A stretch of 64,000 nucleotides of DNA, taken from the NCBI RefSeq assembly GCF_054482525.1, contig NZ_CM137006.1, one strand, 5' to 3'. This document shows, piece after piece, positions 25,183 through 39,462 of the stretch (its first letter is position 1; every line of letters begins with the position of its first letter). The notes beneath the pieces were generated by a model. It did no database searches. It was not told the DNA's origin and saw only the letters and a program-made list of their open reading frames with translations. Position numbers and translations under genes: made by a program.

Positions 25183-26853
25183 ATGTCAGTAAGCGCATTT
25201 AACCGACGCTGGGCGGCGGTCATTCTGGAAGCATTAACGCGTCACGGCGTCAGACACATCTGTATCGCCCCTGGCTCGCGTTCTACACCGTTAACGTTAG
25301 CGGCGGCGGAGAATTCCGCATTCATTCACCACACCCATTTCGATGAGCGTGGACTGGGGCATCTGGCGCTGGGGCTGGCGAAAGTCAGCAAGCAGCCGGT
25401 GGCTGTGATTGTGACCTCCGGCACGGCGGTAGCAAATCTCTATCCTGCACTGATTGAAGCCGGGTTAACCGGAGAAAAACTGATCCTGTTAACCGCCGAT
25501 CGCCCGCCGGAGCTAATTGACTGCGGCGCGAATCAGGCAATTCGTCAGCCGGGAATGTTCGCCTCTCACCCCACGCACAGTATTTCACTGCCGCGCCCGA
25601 CCCAGGATATCCCCGCACGTTGGCTGGTTTCTACCATCGACCACGCTCTCGGTACGCTTCATGCTGGTGGAATCCATATCAACTGTCCGTTTGCTGAACC
25701 GCTGTATGGCGAAATGGACGACACCGGGCTTAGCTGGCAACAGCGTCTGGGCGACTGGTGGCAGGACGATAAGCCGTGGCTGCGTGAAGCGCCTCGTCTG
25801 GAAAGTGAAAAACAGCGCGACTGGTTCTTCTGGCGACAAAAGCGCGGCGTGGTGGTTGCCGGGCGCATGAGTGCGGAAGAGGGCAAAAAAGTTACACTGT
25901 GGGCGCAAACTCTTGGCTGGCCGCTGATCGGCGATGTGCTGTCGCAAACCGGGCAGCCGCTGCCGTGTGCCGATCTCTGGTTAGGCAATGCCAAAGCGAT
26001 CAGCGAACTGCAACAGGCGCAAATTGTGGTGCAACTGGGAAGCAGCCTGACGGGCAAACGGCTCCTGCAATGGCAGGCAATCTGTGAACCCGAAGAGTAC
26101 TGGATTGTTGATGACATTGAAGGGCGACTTGATCCGGCACACCATCGCGGACGTCGCTTAATTGCCAATATTGCCGACTGGCTGGAGCAACATCCGGCAG
26201 AAAAACGCCAGCCCTGGTGCGTTGAAATCCCGCGCCTGGCGGAACAGGCAATGCAGGCGGTTATTGCCCGTCGCGATGCGTTTGGCGAAGCGCAACTGGC
26301 GCATCGCATCAGCGACTATCTGCCTGAACAGGGGCAATTGTTTGTCGGTAACAGCCTGGTGGTACGTCTGATTGATGCGCTTTCGCAACTTCCGGCAGGT
26401 TACCCGGTATACAGCAACCGTGGTGCCAGCGGTATCGACGGGCTGCTCTCGACCGCCGCAGGCGTTCAGCGGGCCAGTGGCAAACCGACGCTGGCGATTG
26501 TGGGCGATCTCTCAGCTCTTTACGATCTCAACGCGCTGGCGTTATTACGTCAGGTTTCCGCGCCGCTGGTATTAATTGTGGTGAACAACAACGGCGGGCA
26601 AATTTTCTCGCTGTTGCCAACGCCGAAAAACGAACGCGAGCGTTTCTATCTGATGCCGCAAAACGTCCATTTTGAGCACGCCGCCGCGATGTTCGAGCTG
26701 AAATATCATCGTCCGCAAAACTGGCAGGAACTTGAAACGGCACTTGCCGACGCCTGGCGCACGCCGACCACCACGGTAATTGAAATGGTGGTTAACGACA
26801 CCGATGGTGCGCAAACCCTCCAGCAACTGCTGGCGCAGGTTAGCCATTTATGA
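25183..26853 (+). CDS. menD: SEPHCHC synthase MenD (ThDP-dependent)
   Basis: ATG at 25183 gives [18 protein letters not shown] and 556 aa; the ORF track's 673-aa ORF is an upstream in-frame extension overlapping menF. Confidence 0.92.
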   Translation: MSVSAFNRRWAAVILEALTRHGVRHICIAPGSRSTPLTLAAAENSAFIHHTHFDERGLGHLALGLAKVSKQPVAVIVTSGTAVANLYPALIEAGLTGEKLILLTADRPPELIDCGANQAIRQPGMFASHPTHSISLPRPTQDIPARWLVSTIDHALGTLHAGGIHINCPFAEPLYGEMDDTGLSWQQRLGDWWQDDKPWLREAPRLESEKQRDWFFWRQKRGVVVAGRMSAEEGKKVTLWAQTLGWPLIGDVLSQTGQPLPCADLWLGNAKAISELQQAQIVVQLGSSLTGKRLLQWQAICEPEEYWIVDDIEGRLDPAHHRGRRLIANIADWLEQHPAEKRQPWCVEIPRLAEQAMQAVIARRDAFGEAQLAHRISDYLPEQGQLFVGNSLVVRLIDALSQLPAGYPVYSNRGASGIDGLLSTAAGVQRASGKPTLAIVGDLSALYDLNALALLRQVSAPLVLIVVNNNGGQIFSLLPTPKNERERFYLMPQNVHFEHAAAMFELKYHRPQNWQELETALADAWRTPTTTVIEMVVNDTDGAQTLQQLLAQVSHL

Positions 26854-27608
26854 TCCTGCACGCGCAGGCAAAACACGGTAAACCAGGTTTACCCTGGCTG
26901 GTGTTTTTGCACGGTTTTTCCGGCGATTGCCACGAATGGCAAGAAGTGGGCGAGGTGTTTGCCGACTACTCACGGTTGTATGTTGATCTCCCAGGTCACG
27001 GTGGTTCGGCGGCGATTAGCGTCGATGGATTTGATGATGTCACCGACTTACTGCGTAAAACCTTAGTTAGTTACAACATCCTTAACTTCTGGCTGGTGGG
27101 GTACTCGCTTGGCGGACGGGTGGCGATGATGGCGGCTTGCCGGGGGCTGGCGGGGCTTTGTGGGGTTGTTGTCGAAGGCGGGCATCCTGGGTTGCAAAAT
27201 GCTGAACAACGCACGGAACGTCAGCATTCCGATCGCCAATGGGCGCAGCGTTTTCGCACAGAACCGTTAACGGCGGTATTTGCTGACTGGTATCAACAGC
27301 CTGTTTTTGCCTCACTCAATGACGAACAACGCCGGGAGCTGGTTGCGCTGCGCAGCAACAATAATGGCGCAACGCTTGCCGCCATGCTGGAGGCGACTTC
27401 TCTCGCCGTCCAGCCCGATTTACGTGCTAACCTTAGCGCCCGCACATTTGCGTTTTATTATTTATGTGGTGAACGTGACAGCAAATTCCGCGCTCTGGCG
27501 GCGGAACTGGCTGCCGACTGCCATGTCATTCCTCGCGCCGGACATAACGCGCATCGGGAAAATCCCGCTGGCGTAATCGCAAGTCTGGCGCAGATCTTGC
27601 GTTTCTGA
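26850..27608 (+). CDS. menH: SHCHC synthase MenH (alpha/beta hydrolase)
   Basis: 252 aa with GYSLGG nucleophile elbow; 4-nt overlap with menD. Confidence 0.92.
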
Positions 27609-27622
27609 CTAAAGGACACAAT

Positions 27623-28480
27623 ATGATTTATCCTGATGAAGCAATGCTTTACGCACCGGTTGAATGGCACGACTGCTCCGAAGGCTTTGAGGACATTCGT
27701 TATGAAAAATCCACCGACGGTATCGCAAAAATCACCATTAATCGTCCGCAGGTGCGCAATGCCTTCCGTCCTCTGACGGTAAAAGAGATGATCCAGGCGC
27801 TGGCAGATGCGCGTTATGACGACAACATCGGCGTGATCATTCTGACTGGTGCAGGCGATAAAGCGTTCTGCTCCGGTGGTGACCAGAAAGTGCGTGGTGA
27901 TTACGGCGGCTATAAAGATGATTCCGGCGTACATCACCTGAACGTGCTGGACTTCCAGCGTCAGATCCGTACCTGTCCGAAACCGGTTGTCGCGATGGTG
28001 GCTGGCTACTCCATCGGCGGCGGTCACGTTCTGCACATGATGTGCGACCTGACTATCGCGGCAGATAATGCCATCTTCGGTCAGACTGGCCCGAAAGTCG
28101 GTTCCTTCGACGGCGGCTGGGGCGCTTCCTACATGGCGCGCATCGTCGGGCAGAAAAAAGCACGTGAAATCTGGTTCCTGTGCCGTCAGTACGACGCGAA
28201 ACAGGCGCTGGATATGGGCCTTGTAAACACCGTGGTACCGCTGGCGGATCTGGAAAAAGAAACCGTCCGCTGGTGCCGCGAAATGCTGCAAAACAGCCCG
28301 ATGGCGCTGCGTTGCCTGAAAGCTGCGCTGAACGCCGACTGTGACGGTCAGGCAGGTCTGCAGGAGCTGGCAGGTAACGCCACCATGCTGTTCTATATGA
28401 CGGAAGAAGGTCAGGAAGGTCGCAACGCTTTCAACCAGAAACGTCAGCCTGATTTCAGCAAATTTAAACGGAATCCGTAA
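27623..28480 (+). CDS. menB: 1,4-dihydroxy-2-naphthoyl-CoA synthase MenB (crotonase fold)
   Basis: 285 aa, [29 protein letters not shown]. Confidence 0.95.
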
Positions 28481-29442
28481 TGCGTAGCGCGCAGGTATAC
28501 CGCTGGCAGATCCCCATGGACGCGGGGGTGGTTCTGCGCGACAGGCGGTTAAAAACCCGCGACGGGCTGTATGTTTGCCTGCGTGAGGGCGAGCGCGAAG
28601 GGTGGGGGGAGATCTCCCCACTACCGGGCTTCAGCCAGGAAACCTGGGAAGAGGCGCAAAGCGTGCTGCTTGCCTGGGTAAATAACTGGCTGACAGGCGA
28701 TTGCGAGCTACCGCAGATGCCTTCCGTCGCCTTTGGCGTAAGCTGTGCATTGGCGGAGCTGGCAGACACGCTCCCGCAGGCAGCCAATTATCGTGCTGCG
28801 CCGCTGTGTAATGGCGATCCTGACGATCTGATCCTCAAACTTGCCGATATGCCTGGCGAGAAAGTGGCGAAGGTCAAAGTGGGATTGTACGAAGCCGTGC
28901 GCGACGGCATGGTGGTCAATCTGTTGCTGGAGGCAATTCCGGATCTGCATTTGCGTCTTGACGCGAACCGCGCCTGGACGCCGCTGAAAGGCCAGCAGTT
29001 TGCCAAATACGTTAACCCGGATTATCGCGACCGCATCGCGTTTCTCGAAGAGCCGTGCAAAACCCGCGATGATTCGCGAGCGTTTGCCCGTGAAACCGGG
29101 ATTGCCATTGCCTGGGATGAAAGCCTGCGTGAGCCGGATTTTGCCTTTGTGGCGGAAGAAGGTGTGCGCGCGGTAGTTATCAAACCCACGCTCACGGGCT
29201 GCCTGGATAAAGTACGCGAGCAGGTGCAGGCGGCGCACGCGTTGGGGCTGACGGCGGTGATCAGTTCATCTATTGAGTCGAGCTTAGGCTTAACGCAACT
29301 GGCGCGGATTGCCGCCTGGTTAACACCAGAGACTATTCCAGGGCTGGACACGCTGGATCTGATGCAGGCGCAGCAGGTTCGTCGCTGGCCGGGTAGCCCG
29401 CTACCGTTAGTGGAAGTTGATGCACTGGAGCGGCTGTTATGA
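28480..29442 (+). CDS. menC: o-succinylbenzoate synthase MenC (enolase superfamily)
   Basis: 320 aa; overlaps the menB stop by 1 nt. Confidence 0.93.
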   Translation: MRSAQVYRWQIPMDAGVVLRDRRLKTRDGLYVCLREGEREGWGEISPLPGFSQETWEEAQSVLLAWVNNWLTGDCELPQMPSVAFGVSCALAELADTLPQAANYRAAPLCNGDPDDLILKLADMPGEKVAKVKVGLYEAVRDGMVVNLLLEAIPDLHLRLDANRAWTPLKGQQFAKYVNPDYRDRIAFLEEPCKTRDDSRAFARETGIAIAWDESLREPDFAFVAEEGVRAVVIKPTLTGCLDKVREQVQAAHALGLTAVISSSIESSLGLTQLARIAAWLTPETIPGLDTLDLMQAQQVRRWPGSPLPLVEVDALERLL

Positions 29443-30794
29443 TCTTCTCTGACTGGCCGTGGCGTCACTGGCGGCAAGTGCGGGGAGAAGCCATCGCCTT
29501 ACGTCTTAATGACGAGCAACTTAACTGGCGCGAGCTTTGTGCTCGCGTCGATGAATTAGCCTCCGGCTTTGCGGCGCAGGGCGTTGTTGAGGGCAGCGGC
29601 GTGATGTTGCGGGCGTGGAATTCGCCGCAAACGCTGCTGGCCTGGCTGGCGTTACTGCAATGCGGGGCGCGGGTGCTGCCCGTGAATCCACAGCTGCCGC
29701 AACCGTTACTTGAGGAATTGCTCCCCAATCTGACGCTGCAATTTGCGCTGGTGCCGGATGGGGAAAACACGTTTCCGGCGTTAACGTCGCTGCACATTCA
29801 GCTGGTTGAAGGCGCACATGCCGCTGCGTGGCAGCCGACGCGTCTGTGCTCAATGACGTTGACCTCCGGCTCTACCGGTTTGCCGAAAGCCGCTGTTCAT
29901 ACTTATCAGGCCCATCTTGCCAGTGCGCAAGGTGTGTTATCGCTGATACCGTTTGGCGAGCACGATGACTGGTTGCTCTCTTTACCGCTGTTTCACGTCT
30001 CCGGCCAGGGAATTATGTGGCGCTGGTTATACGCTGGCGCGCGGATGACGGTACGTGATAAACAGCCATTGGAGCAAATGCTGGCAGGCTGTACTCACGC
30101 TTCACTGGTGCCAACACAACTCTGGCGTTTGCTGGTTAACCGCAGTTCCGTTTCCCTGAAAGCGGTGTTACTTGGCGGTGCGGCTATCCCGGTCGAGTTG
30201 ACGGAACAGGCGCGCGAGCAGGGGATTCGTTGCTTTTGCGGCTATGGTCTGACCGAGTTTGCCTCCACGGTGTGTGCGAAAGAAGCCGACGGCCTGGCGG
30301 ACGTCGGTTCGCCGCTGCCGGGGCGGGAAGTGAAAATCGTTAATGATGAAGTGTGGCTGCGGGCTGCCAGTATGGCAGAAGGTTACTGGCGTAACGGGCA
30401 ACTGGTTCCACTGATTAATGACGAAGGCTGGTACGCCACGCGCGATCGCGGTGAGATGCATAATGGCAAGCTGACCATTGTCGGACGTTTAGATAATCTG
30501 TTCTTCAGTGGCGGTGAGGGTATTCAGCCGGAAGAAGTCGAGCGTGTTATTGCTGCACATCCTGCAGTTTTGCAGGTGTTTATCGTTCCCGTTGCCGACA
30601 AGGAGTTTGGTCATCGGCCGGTAGCGGTGGTGGAGTATGACCAGCAAACCGTTGATCTTGACGAATGGGTGAAAGATAAGCTGGCTCGTTTTCAACAACC
30701 GGTGCGCTGGCTAACTCTGCCGCCGGAGCTGAAAAACGGCGGTATTAAAATTTCACGTCAGGCGCTAAAAGAGTGGGTGCAACGCCAGCAATAA
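29439..30794 (+). CDS. menE: o-succinylbenzoate-CoA ligase MenE
   Basis: 451 aa with adenylate-forming motif (TSGSTGLPK). Confidence 0.93.
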   Translation: MIFSDWPWRHWRQVRGEAIALRLNDEQLNWRELCARVDELASGFAAQGVVEGSGVMLRAWNSPQTLLAWLALLQCGARVLPVNPQLPQPLLEELLPNLTLQFALVPDGENTFPALTSLHIQLVEGAHAAAWQPTRLCSMTLTSGSTGLPKAAVHTYQAHLASAQGVLSLIPFGEHDDWLLSLPLFHVSGQGIMWRWLYAGARMTVRDKQPLEQMLAGCTHASLVPTQLWRLLVNRSSVSLKAVLLGGAAIPVELTEQAREQGIRCFCGYGLTEFASTVCAKEADGLADVGSPLPGREVKIVNDEVWLRAASMAEGYWRNGQLVPLINDEGWYATRDRGEMHNGKLTIVGRLDNLFFSGGEGIQPEEVERVIAAHPAVLQVFIVPVADKEFGHRPVAVVEYDQQTVDLDEWVKDKLARFQQPVRWLTLPPELKNGGIKISRQALKEWVQRQQ

Positions 30795-30903
30795 TTAATC
30801 CTCCGTTTCACTTCTCATTTCTGCCATTCCATTGCCGTTGATAAAGAGTTTATCTGTTAATCTGTAAATTGATGTGAAAACTCTTAGCAAACAGGATAAT
30901 GCA

Positions 30904-31170
30904 ATGGAATGGCTGGTCAAAAAATCGTGCTGCAATAAACAAGATAACAGACATGTACTTATGCTCTGCGATGCTGGTGGCACGATAAAAATGATCGCCG
31001 AAGTGAAGAGTGACTTCGCCGTGAAAGTGGGGGATTTACTCTCGCCTTTGCAGAATGCGCTTTATTGTATTAATCGTGAAAAGCTGCATACGGTGAAAGT
31101 CCTCTCGGCAAGCAGTTATAGCCCCGATGAGTGGGAACGGCAGTGTAAAGTGGCAGGGAAAACTCAGTAA
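30904..31170 (+). CDS. pmrD: Signal transduction connector protein PmrD
   Basis: ATG at 30904 gives [26 protein letters not shown] (88 aa); the ORF track's 98-aa ORF starts 30 nt upstream. Confidence 0.88.
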
Positions 31171-31550
31171 CGTTGTTTTGTCGTGGGCAGGAAAATCAGC
31201 ATCAACCCGCTCATAATACAGGCTACTCCCAGTAGTGCTTTCAGCGAAAAAGTCCCTTCCCAGCCGGGAAGTACCATTGAAGCAATCCATACCAGCACAT
31301 AACTCATACTGAGCAAGGCATAGGCTTTGCTTAGTGCAAGTTTATGTAGTGTTTTATACCAACAAAAAACGGAAAGCAGATAACCCAGCAGCCCGAGTAA
31401 CAGTATCCGGGCATCCAGGCCAAAAGCTAACAGCGCCGCGATAAAATCCCATAAGTGCGTCATCGGCGGCAGATGACTCGCCGCAAAACCCAGGCTTAAT
31501 TGCGCAGCGGAGGCGATAATGACGCTGAATAATCCCCACATCAGGCCCAT
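31164..31550 (-). CDS. arnF: Undecaprenyl-phosphate-aminoarabinose flippase subunit ArnF
   Basis: 128-aa 4-TM protein from the ATG at 31548..31550 ([17 protein letters not shown]); the 222-aa track ORF is an upstream extension. Confidence 0.88.
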
Positions 31551-31885
31551 TACACGGTACTCCCGAGGATCACAATGCCACCAATAATGAACGCCACCCC
31601 ACACCAGTGACGCGGCGATACCGGTTCGTGCCACAGTTTTACTGCAGCCAGCGTCACCCAGACAAAATTCAGACTTAACATCGGGTAGGCAATGCCTACC
31701 GGTACGTTCTGCAAGACCAGCAGCCAGAGCACCATGGCAGGACCAAGACAAGCCAGCGCCAGTCCCAGCCACAGCACGATATGTTTGCGCCGTTTGTTTA
31801 TCGCCACAAAGCAGGTTGCCTGTTTCTGACACAACTGCCCGGCAACGCTAAGCAAGCTGGCAAAGACTAATGTTAGCCAGATCAT
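31550..31885 (-). CDS. arnE: Undecaprenyl-phosphate-aminoarabinose flippase subunit ArnE
   Basis: 111-aa small-multidrug-resistance-like membrane protein; 1-nt overlap with arnF, 4-nt overlap with arnT. Confidence 0.88.
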
Positions 31886-33537
31886 TTGGGACGATACTGA
31901 ATCAGCACCAGACGCTCCTGACGATCGATGGTATCTGCGGGCGGAATGGCGAGACTGTTGATATCTTCATCGCGGTCAACCGAAAGCACGAGTGTAATAA
32001 TCCCCTCCTGACGATGTTGATTAAGCCAGTTTGCGAACTCATCACCGCTGACAAATCTCCCTTTCGCATCCGGATAATTAAGGCCGTATTTCAACTCACC
32101 TGTCTGGCGATACATGATGATGTCATCGCGTTGCAGGCTCCATGCCAGACCTGCGGCAACACCGACGCTATCAGTAAGAATATAGCGGCTTGGCTGCAGT
32201 GATTCTTGTGTCATCTCGACAAAAAATTGCGGATGTTTTCCTTCCATGACTCTGTCAGGAATTGAAAATCCTACCAGCAACGCCAGCCCCAGCGGGCAAA
32301 GCGCGGCAAAAGACCAGGTCTTTTCGACGTTTGTTAAGGTGTACCAGCCGAAAAATGCCCATAGCGAAAAAATCGACCAGGCACAGAAGACTTTATAGCT
32401 CTCGAAGGTTTGCCACACCGGCGTGTTCATTGGTCCCCAGGGGGAGACCACAAACGTAGCAATAATGCCAGTGACGCCAAAAGCGATGTTAATCCAGCCA
32501 TTAATCCGCAACGCCAGAGGATTATTTTTTGCTGCCAGCAAAGCGTAATGCGCCATCAGCATTGCCAGAGGTGCAAAGCAGGAAAGAATATAGGTGGGCA
32601 ATTTGCCTTTGGCGACGGAGAAAAACAGCAGCGGCATTACCGCCCAGCTCAACAAATAGACGGTTGCGGAATGCTTGCGGTTTTTCCAGCCTGCGTACAG
32701 TGCTCCGGGGAGTAATCCCAGCCACGGCAGGCTACCGGCAATGATGACCGGCAAGTAGTACCAGAACGAAGCTCTATGCTGAGCATCATCCATTGCAAAG
32801 CGTTGAATATGCTCAACCCAGAAAAAATAGTGCCAGAAGTCAGGCTCCCGCTGCGCTATCGCCAGTCCCCAGGGGAGAACCGTCAGTACGCAACTGATAA
32901 CCGCCAGCCAGCCGTAAATAAAGAGATCTTTCCAGCGTTTTTGCGTTGCAACCCATGGAAGCACGCTTAATACCGGCACGGCAAGGGCGAGAAAACCTTT
33001 GGTCATCACCCCCATGCCGCAAGTGATTCCCAGCAGTAAAAATCCCGCGCTTTTGCCTTTCCACGTCTGTGCCTGCATTGCCAGCCAGAAGCTGCACATT
33101 CCCGCCACCAGCCAGAAGGCAATAAACGGATCGAGCACGGCATAAGTGCCGATGGCATAGACAATGAACAATGAGAGGTAAATCACTGCGGCGAGTAATG
33201 CCAGACGTTTATCGCGCCATAAGCGCAGAGTAAACCAGGTCACCAGCGCGGCAGTTAACAGGGTCGCAAAGATAACGCCTGCCCGCACACCAAAGTTATT
33301 CGCGCCAAATAACCATTGCCCAATGCTGTTAATCCAGTATCCGGCAATGGGTTTTTCAAAATAACGTAGCCCTAACAGATGGGGCACAATCCAGTCGCCG
33401 GATGCCAGCATTTCCCGACTGATTTCCGCATAACGCGTTTCATCGGGTTGCCAGAGCAGACGCGTGCTGATCGGTAACAGGTAATAGCAGGCAATAAACG
33501 CGAAGAGGCCGATAAGGTAACGTACCGATTTCATCAA
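31882..33537 (-). CDS. arnT: Lipid A 4-amino-4-deoxy-L-arabinose transferase ArnT
   Basis: 551 aa (550 from the second Met), polytopic glycosyltransferase; operon order. Confidence 0.93.
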   Translation of the reverse strand: MMKSVRYLIGLFAFIACYYLLPISTRLLWQPDETRYAEISREMLASGDWIVPHLLGLRYFEKPIAGYWINSIGQWLFGANNFGVRAGVIFATLLTAALVTWFTLRLWRDKRLALLAAVIYLSLFIVYAIGTYAVLDPFIAFWLVAGMCSFWLAMQAQTWKGKSAGFLLLGITCGMGVMTKGFLALAVPVLSVLPWVATQKRWKDLFIYGWLAVISCVLTVLPWGLAIAQREPDFWHYFFWVEHIQRFAMDDAQHRASFWYYLPVIIAGSLPWLGLLPGALYAGWKNRKHSATVYLLSWAVMPLLFFSVAKGKLPTYILSCFAPLAMLMAHYALLAAKNNPLALRINGWINIAFGVTGIIATFVVSPWGPMNTPVWQTFESYKVFCAWSIFSLWAFFGWYTLTNVEKTWSFAALCPLGLALLVGFSIPDRVMEGKHPQFFVEMTQESLQPSRYILTDSVGVAAGLAWSLQRDDIIMYRQTGELKYGLNYPDAKGRFVSGDEFANWLNQHRQEGIITLVLSVDRDEDINSLAIPPADTIDRQERLVLIQYRPK

Positions 33538-34424
33538 CGACTACCCACAATTTGTTGGCAACCCAGCCAGCCTTCACGTCCGGCAATATTTCCGCGAACA
33601 ACTTGCCCGAGCGGCAACGTCCCTGATAACAGTTCGCTTAAAGGGCAAAATGTCACGCCTTCCTGGGCTGCCCGTTTCAGGAGATCCACAAAATTATGCT
33701 GATAAGCGCAGCCTTCAACTTCTGCATGAATGGTATAAACCGGCGTGCCTTTATCTCGCAGGATGCGGTTGAGTAACCAACCGTTAAAATCTTCTGCTTT
33801 CACATCCCGACCAATCACTTCATCCCAGGTGGGTAAGGTCACCGGAATTTGCGCAGTACCGGGTTTTCCTGATTCGAGCAATGGACGAAACGGCATCGCT
33901 CCACGACAATCGCTGTTGTAGCGCAAATGGAACGCTTCTTTTGCTTCGATCACCTGCTGGTCGGCACGCCAGCCAGCGGCTGCGGAGCAAGTTACCGGTT
34001 GGCCGATAATTTCTTCCAGGGTGCGAAGGCCGCGTGCGATATCGTCGACCATTGTTTGCCGATCCCAGTTACCGCTATGGGCTTGCCAGGCATGGTGATC
34101 CCAGGCGTGCAGGCCGACTTCGTGGTGTTTAGCCGCTTCACGAATGATATCGGCATTGGCATGACCAATCTCTTTACCTGGCCAGGCCGTACCTGCCAGT
34201 AAAATATCCCAGCCATAAAGCGATGCCGCGTTTGAGCGCAGCATCTTCCACAAAAACTGTGGCTTCACCAGTCGCCAGAGATGGCGGCCCATATTGTCCG
34301 GGCCGACGCTGAAAAAAATGCTGGCCTGAATATTATGCTTACTCAAGATTTCCAGCAGACGCGGCACGCCTTCACGGGTGCCACGAAAGGTATCGACATC
34401 AATGCGTAAGCCTACTTTGGTCAT
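33534..34424 (-). CDS. arnD: 4-deoxy-4-formamido-L-arabinose-phosphoundecaprenol deformylase ArnD
   Basis: 296 aa, polysaccharide-deacetylase-like. Confidence 0.93.
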   Translation of the reverse strand: MTKVGLRIDVDTFRGTREGVPRLLEILSKHNIQASIFFSVGPDNMGRHLWRLVKPQFLWKMLRSNAASLYGWDILLAGTAWPGKEIGHANADIIREAAKHHEVGLHAWDHHAWQAHSGNWDRQTMVDDIARGLRTLEEIIGQPVTCSAAAGWRADQQVIEAKEAFHLRYNSDCRGAMPFRPLLESGKPGTAQIPVTLPTWDEVIGRDVKAEDFNGWLLNRILRDKGTPVYTIHAEVEGCAYQHNFVDLLKRAAQEGVTFCPLSELLSGTLPLGQVVRGNIAGREGWLGCQQIVGSR

Positions 34425-36402
34425 GATGGTTTATCCGTAAGATCAACGGTGCGCAGGAAGAAATCCAGCGTTTCGTCGATGGTTTCCTGCATATCAATTT
34501 TTGGTTCCCAGTCCAGGCAGCGGCGGGCATTGCGGATGCTCGGTTTACGATGCTCTACATCCTGATATCCTTTGCCGTAGTAGCTGCTACTTTCGACAAC
34601 ACGAAAGCCCGCAAACGGTGGGAAGTGATGGCGCAGCGGATGTTTTTCGAAGCTCGCCAGCAGCATCTCGCCCAGTTCCTCAATGCTCGCTTCGTTATCA
34701 GGATTGCCAATGTTGATAATTTCGCCGTCGCAGCGATTTCCCGCATTTTCGATAATGCGGTATAACGCCTCGATACCATCGCGAATATCAGTAAAGCAGC
34801 GTTTTTGTTTTCCGCCATCAATTAGCTTAATTGGTGAACCTTCTACCAGATTGAGAATGAGTTGCGTAATAGCGCGGGAGCTGCCGATTCGTGCTGCATT
34901 AAGGTTATCCAGTCGTGGTCCCATCCAGTTAAACGGCCGGAAGAGGGTGAACTGTAAACCCTCTTTTTCGCCATAGGCCCAGATCACCCGATCAAGTAAT
35001 TGTTTTGACACCGAATAAATCCAGCGTGGTTTATTCACCGGGCCGACGATTAAATTAGAATGGTCCTCATCGAAGTATTTATCGCTACACATCCCATAAA
35101 CTTCTGAAGTTGACGGGAAGATGATTCGCTTACGGTACTTCACGCAGTAGCGGATAATGCGCAGATTCTCTTCAAAATCGAGTTCAAATACGCGCAACGG
35201 GTTGCGGGTATATTCAATCGGCGTGGCTATCGCCACCAGCGGCAAGACGACATCACATTTTTTGACGTGATACTCAATCCATTCGGAATGAATACTGATA
35301 TCGCCTTCGACAAAGTGAAAATGCGGATGATTCAGAAAACGGCTTATCGCATCGCTGCCAATATCCAGACCGTAAACTTCATAATGATCTTCGCGCAGCA
35401 GGCGTTCTGTCAGATGGTTGCCAATAAAGCCATTCACCCCGAGGATGAGTACCCGGGTACGGCGTCGGGCGGTGCAGGCAGGCTGGCTATTCAAGCGTGA
35501 ACCTTGCACCAGGCCCAGCGTCTGCGCTAACTGCGAGCCCTGCATAGTAATGCCGTCGCCCGCCTGTCCGGTGACGATTTCCAGCGCGCCATCGCCACAG
35601 GCAATCAGCAGTGGTGCAACAGAAATCACGCTCCCCGGCTGTGCTTTGCTGGCATGAGGATGAACACGCGACGACCAGACGGTGAATTTCTGATTGCCAA
35701 CATAGCTGAAGGCACCCGGCCACGGATCGGCAACGGCACGCACCATGTTGTGCAGTACGGATGCCGGCTTATGCCATTCGAGGAAACTGTCTTCCGGTGT
35801 TCTGCGACCAAAACAGGTGGCTTCGTTTTCGCGCTGGGCGATTTCCAGAATATTACCGTGTTTAATGGCGGGTAATGTCTGCTCCAATAGCTGGCGCGCG
35901 GCATGGCACAATTTATGATGCAGCGTAATGGCGATATCGTCTGGCGCAATGGCAACGCGCAGTTGTGCCACAATGGCCCCGGCATCGGCACGTTTCACCA
36001 TTCGGTGCAATGTAACGCCAGTTTCCGTTTCACCGTTCACCAGCACCCAGTTCAGCGGCGCGCGACCACGATATTTTGGTAACAGCGAACCATGCAGATT
36101 AAATGCACCTCTCGGAGCGAGCTGCAAAATCTCATCGCAAATAAGATGGCGATAATAAAAAGAGAAAATCACCTCTGGTGATAGTTGGGCAATGCGTTCC
36201 ACCCACAGCGGATGATTAACGTTATCCGGCGCATAAACTGGAATGCCTCTTTCCGCTGCCAGTCGGGCAACCGAACCATAAAAGGCTTTTTCACCGGGGT
36301 TATCAGTATGGGTAAAAATGGCGCTAATTTCGTAACCGGCAGACAGCAGGGCTTCAATACCGAGGCATCCCATATCGTGGTAGGCAAAAACGACGGTTTT
36401 CA

Positions 36403-36403
<1 letters not shown>
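34421..36403 (-). CDS. arnA: Bifunctional UDP-glucuronate decarboxylase / UDP-Ara4N formyltransferase ArnA
   Basis: 660 aa; N-terminal formyltransferase ([13 protein letters not shown]) and C-terminal short-chain dehydrogenase domain ([14 protein letters not shown]). Confidence 0.95.
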
Positions 36404-37374
<971 letters not shown>

Positions 37375-38514
37375 TTATTGTCCTGCGAGTTGCTGAAGGG
37401 CTGTGATGACGCGGTCGGCATCGGCGGTGGTCATATCCGGGAACAGCGGCAACGAACAGATGCGTTCGCTATTCCATTCGGTATTCGGTAACGACAGCGT
37501 GGGAAAACGCTCGCGATAATATTTTTGTGTGTGAGCGGCGCGGAAATGTAACCCGGTACCAATGCCTCTTTCTTTTAACGCTTCCATCAACGCATCGCGA
37601 CTGATACCACAACGTTGTTCATCGACACGAATAATAAACAGATGCCAGGCGTGAACGTGCGGCCAGGCGGGAAGGCTTAATGGCTGAAAGGGGAGAGCTG
37701 CCAGTGCTTGCTGATATTGCTGGGCAATTTCGCGCCGACGGGTGTTGAGGTGCTCTAATTTGGCTAACTGGGTCAGGGCAATCGCGGCGTTAATATCGGT
37801 CAGATTATACTTATAGCCCGGCGTTAAGACTTCAGCTTGCGGTGCACGGCCCCAGGTTTGTCTGTCATAGGCATCGACACCCAGACCGTGAAATTTTAGC
37901 ATCCGTAGCTGGCGGGCAAGGTTTTCATTATCAGTAACAATCAGGCCACCTTCCGCACAGGTAATATTTTTGATGGCGTGAAACGAAAAAATAGCGGTAC
38001 CTTTTGCGCCAATATGTCGGCCTTTGTAATACGTACCGACGGCATGGGCAGCATCTTCGATAACTGCGATGCCGTAACGTTCGCCAATGGCGCGAATGGC
38101 GTCAATATCTGCTGGCGCACCGGCATAATGCACCGGAATGATGGCTTTAGTGCGTGGCGTAATGGCTGACTCGATCGCTTCAGGCGTGACCATCAGCGTA
38201 TCGCGGTCGACATCCACCATTACCGGCGTTGCACCCAACAAGGAGATCATATTGAGGGTTGAAACCCAGGTCAGGGAAGGCGTAATCACTTCATCGCCCT
38301 TGCCAATTTCCAACGCCATTAGCGTGATATGCATTCCGGCGGTGGCTGAACTGACCGCGATGGCATGCTGATTTCCCGTCAACTGGCAAAAGGCTTGTTC
38401 AAGCGCCTGATTCTTCGGACCGGTTGTGATCCAACCGGATTCGAGAACCTCTTTAACTGCAGCGAGTTCCTCCACGCCCATTGCTGGTCGCGAAAAAGGC
38501 AAAAATTCTGACAT
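37375..38514 (-). CDS. arnB: UDP-4-amino-4-deoxy-L-arabinose aminotransferase ArnB
   Basis: ATG at 38512..38514 gives [13 protein letters not shown] (379 aa); the track ORF extends to 38547. Confidence 0.9.
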
Positions 38515-38612
38515 TGCTTTTCCTTCCGCCATTGAATACCTGTCCACTTATATTTGCTATAAAGAGTGTTGTGTATATTTTGCCATTTGGAGCAAAATTT
38601 TAAGGATAGAAT

Positions 38613-38629
38613 ATTAACTTAACCTTAAG
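38613..38629 (-). promoter_or_regulatory. Putative PmrA (BasR) box upstream of arnB
   Basis: Minus-strand sequence CTTAAG-GTTAA-GTTAAT is a direct repeat of the YTTAAK half-site with 5-nt spacing, about 100 nt upstream of the arnB start; PmrA control of arn is established, the exact site is my reading. Confidence 0.5.
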
Positions 38630-38821
38630 AAACTAATATTAGACGTAAATATTGAAATTTTTATATTTTTTCTTATTTAGGCTTTGCATTTGGCAAAATT
38701 TTGAGGCATTTTGCCGGCATCGCAGGATTTTTAATATTACACCAACTGCTAATTATCGCCAGAAATGTCGCTCAATTTCACGGTAATTGTCTGGTTGCGC
38801 TTGTCTATAGGTGGAGTTTAC

Positions 38822-39424
38822 GTGTTAGCTTTTTGCCGCTCTTCGTTGAAGTCAAAAAAATATTTCATCATTTTACTGGCGCTCGCTGCAATTGCCGGAC
38901 TGGGTACTCATGCCGCCTGGAGTAGTAATGGTTTGCCACGTATCGACAATAAAACACTGGCCAGACTGGCACAGCAGCACACGGTTGTCGTTTTGTTTCG
39001 CCATGCTGAACGTTGCGATCGTTCAACCAATCAATGCTTGTCAGATAAAACAGGTATTACGGTCAAAGGTACCCAGGATGCCCGTGAACTGGGCAACGCT
39101 TTTAGCGCTGATATCCCTGATTTCGATCTTTATTCCAGTAATACCGTCCGGACCATTCAGTCGGCGACCTGGTTTTCAGCGGGTAAAAAGCTGACGGTAG
39201 ATAAACGACTTCTTCAATGCGGTAATGAGATTTATAGTGCAATTAAGGACTTACAAAGCAAAGCACCTGATAAAAATATCGTTATTTTTACCCATAATCA
39301 TTGCCTGACATATATTGCTAAAGATAAGCGTGATGCGACATTTAAACCTGATTATCTGGATGGTTTAGTCATGCATGTGGAAAAAGGCAAAGTTTATCTG
39401 GATGGGGAATTCGTTAACCACTAA
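38822..39424 (+). CDS. ais: LPS core heptose(II)-phosphate phosphatase Ais (PmrG)
   Basis: GTG at 38822 gives (M)[25 protein letters not shown] and 200 aa with signal peptide; divergent from arnB. Confidence 0.88.
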   Translation: MLAFCRSSLKSKKYFIILLALAAIAGLGTHAAWSSNGLPRIDNKTLARLAQQHTVVVLFRHAERCDRSTNQCLSDKTGITVKGTQDARELGNAFSADIPDFDLYSSNTVRTIQSATWFSAGKKLTVDKRLLQCGNEIYSAIKDLQSKAPDKNIVIFTHNHCLTYIAKDKRDATFKPDYLDGLVMHVEKGKVYLDGEFVNH

Positions 39425-39462
39425 ATTTTCAATCTGACAGCCAGTAATGGCTGTCATCATTG

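Noticed and set aside
27458-28621. 387-aa minus-strand ORF
   Set aside because: Antisense to menB/menC, which have recognisable conserved products.
30795-30903. Looked for a PhoP box (TGTTTA-N5-TGTTTA) upstream of pmrD
   Set aside because: Only partial matches (AGTTTATCTGTTAATCTG); spacing and half-sites do not fit well enough to call.
31164-31832. 222-aa minus-strand ORF spanning arnF and part of arnE
   Set aside because: It is arnF with an in-frame upstream extension that overlaps arnE in another frame; the real start is the ATG at 31550 (128 aa).
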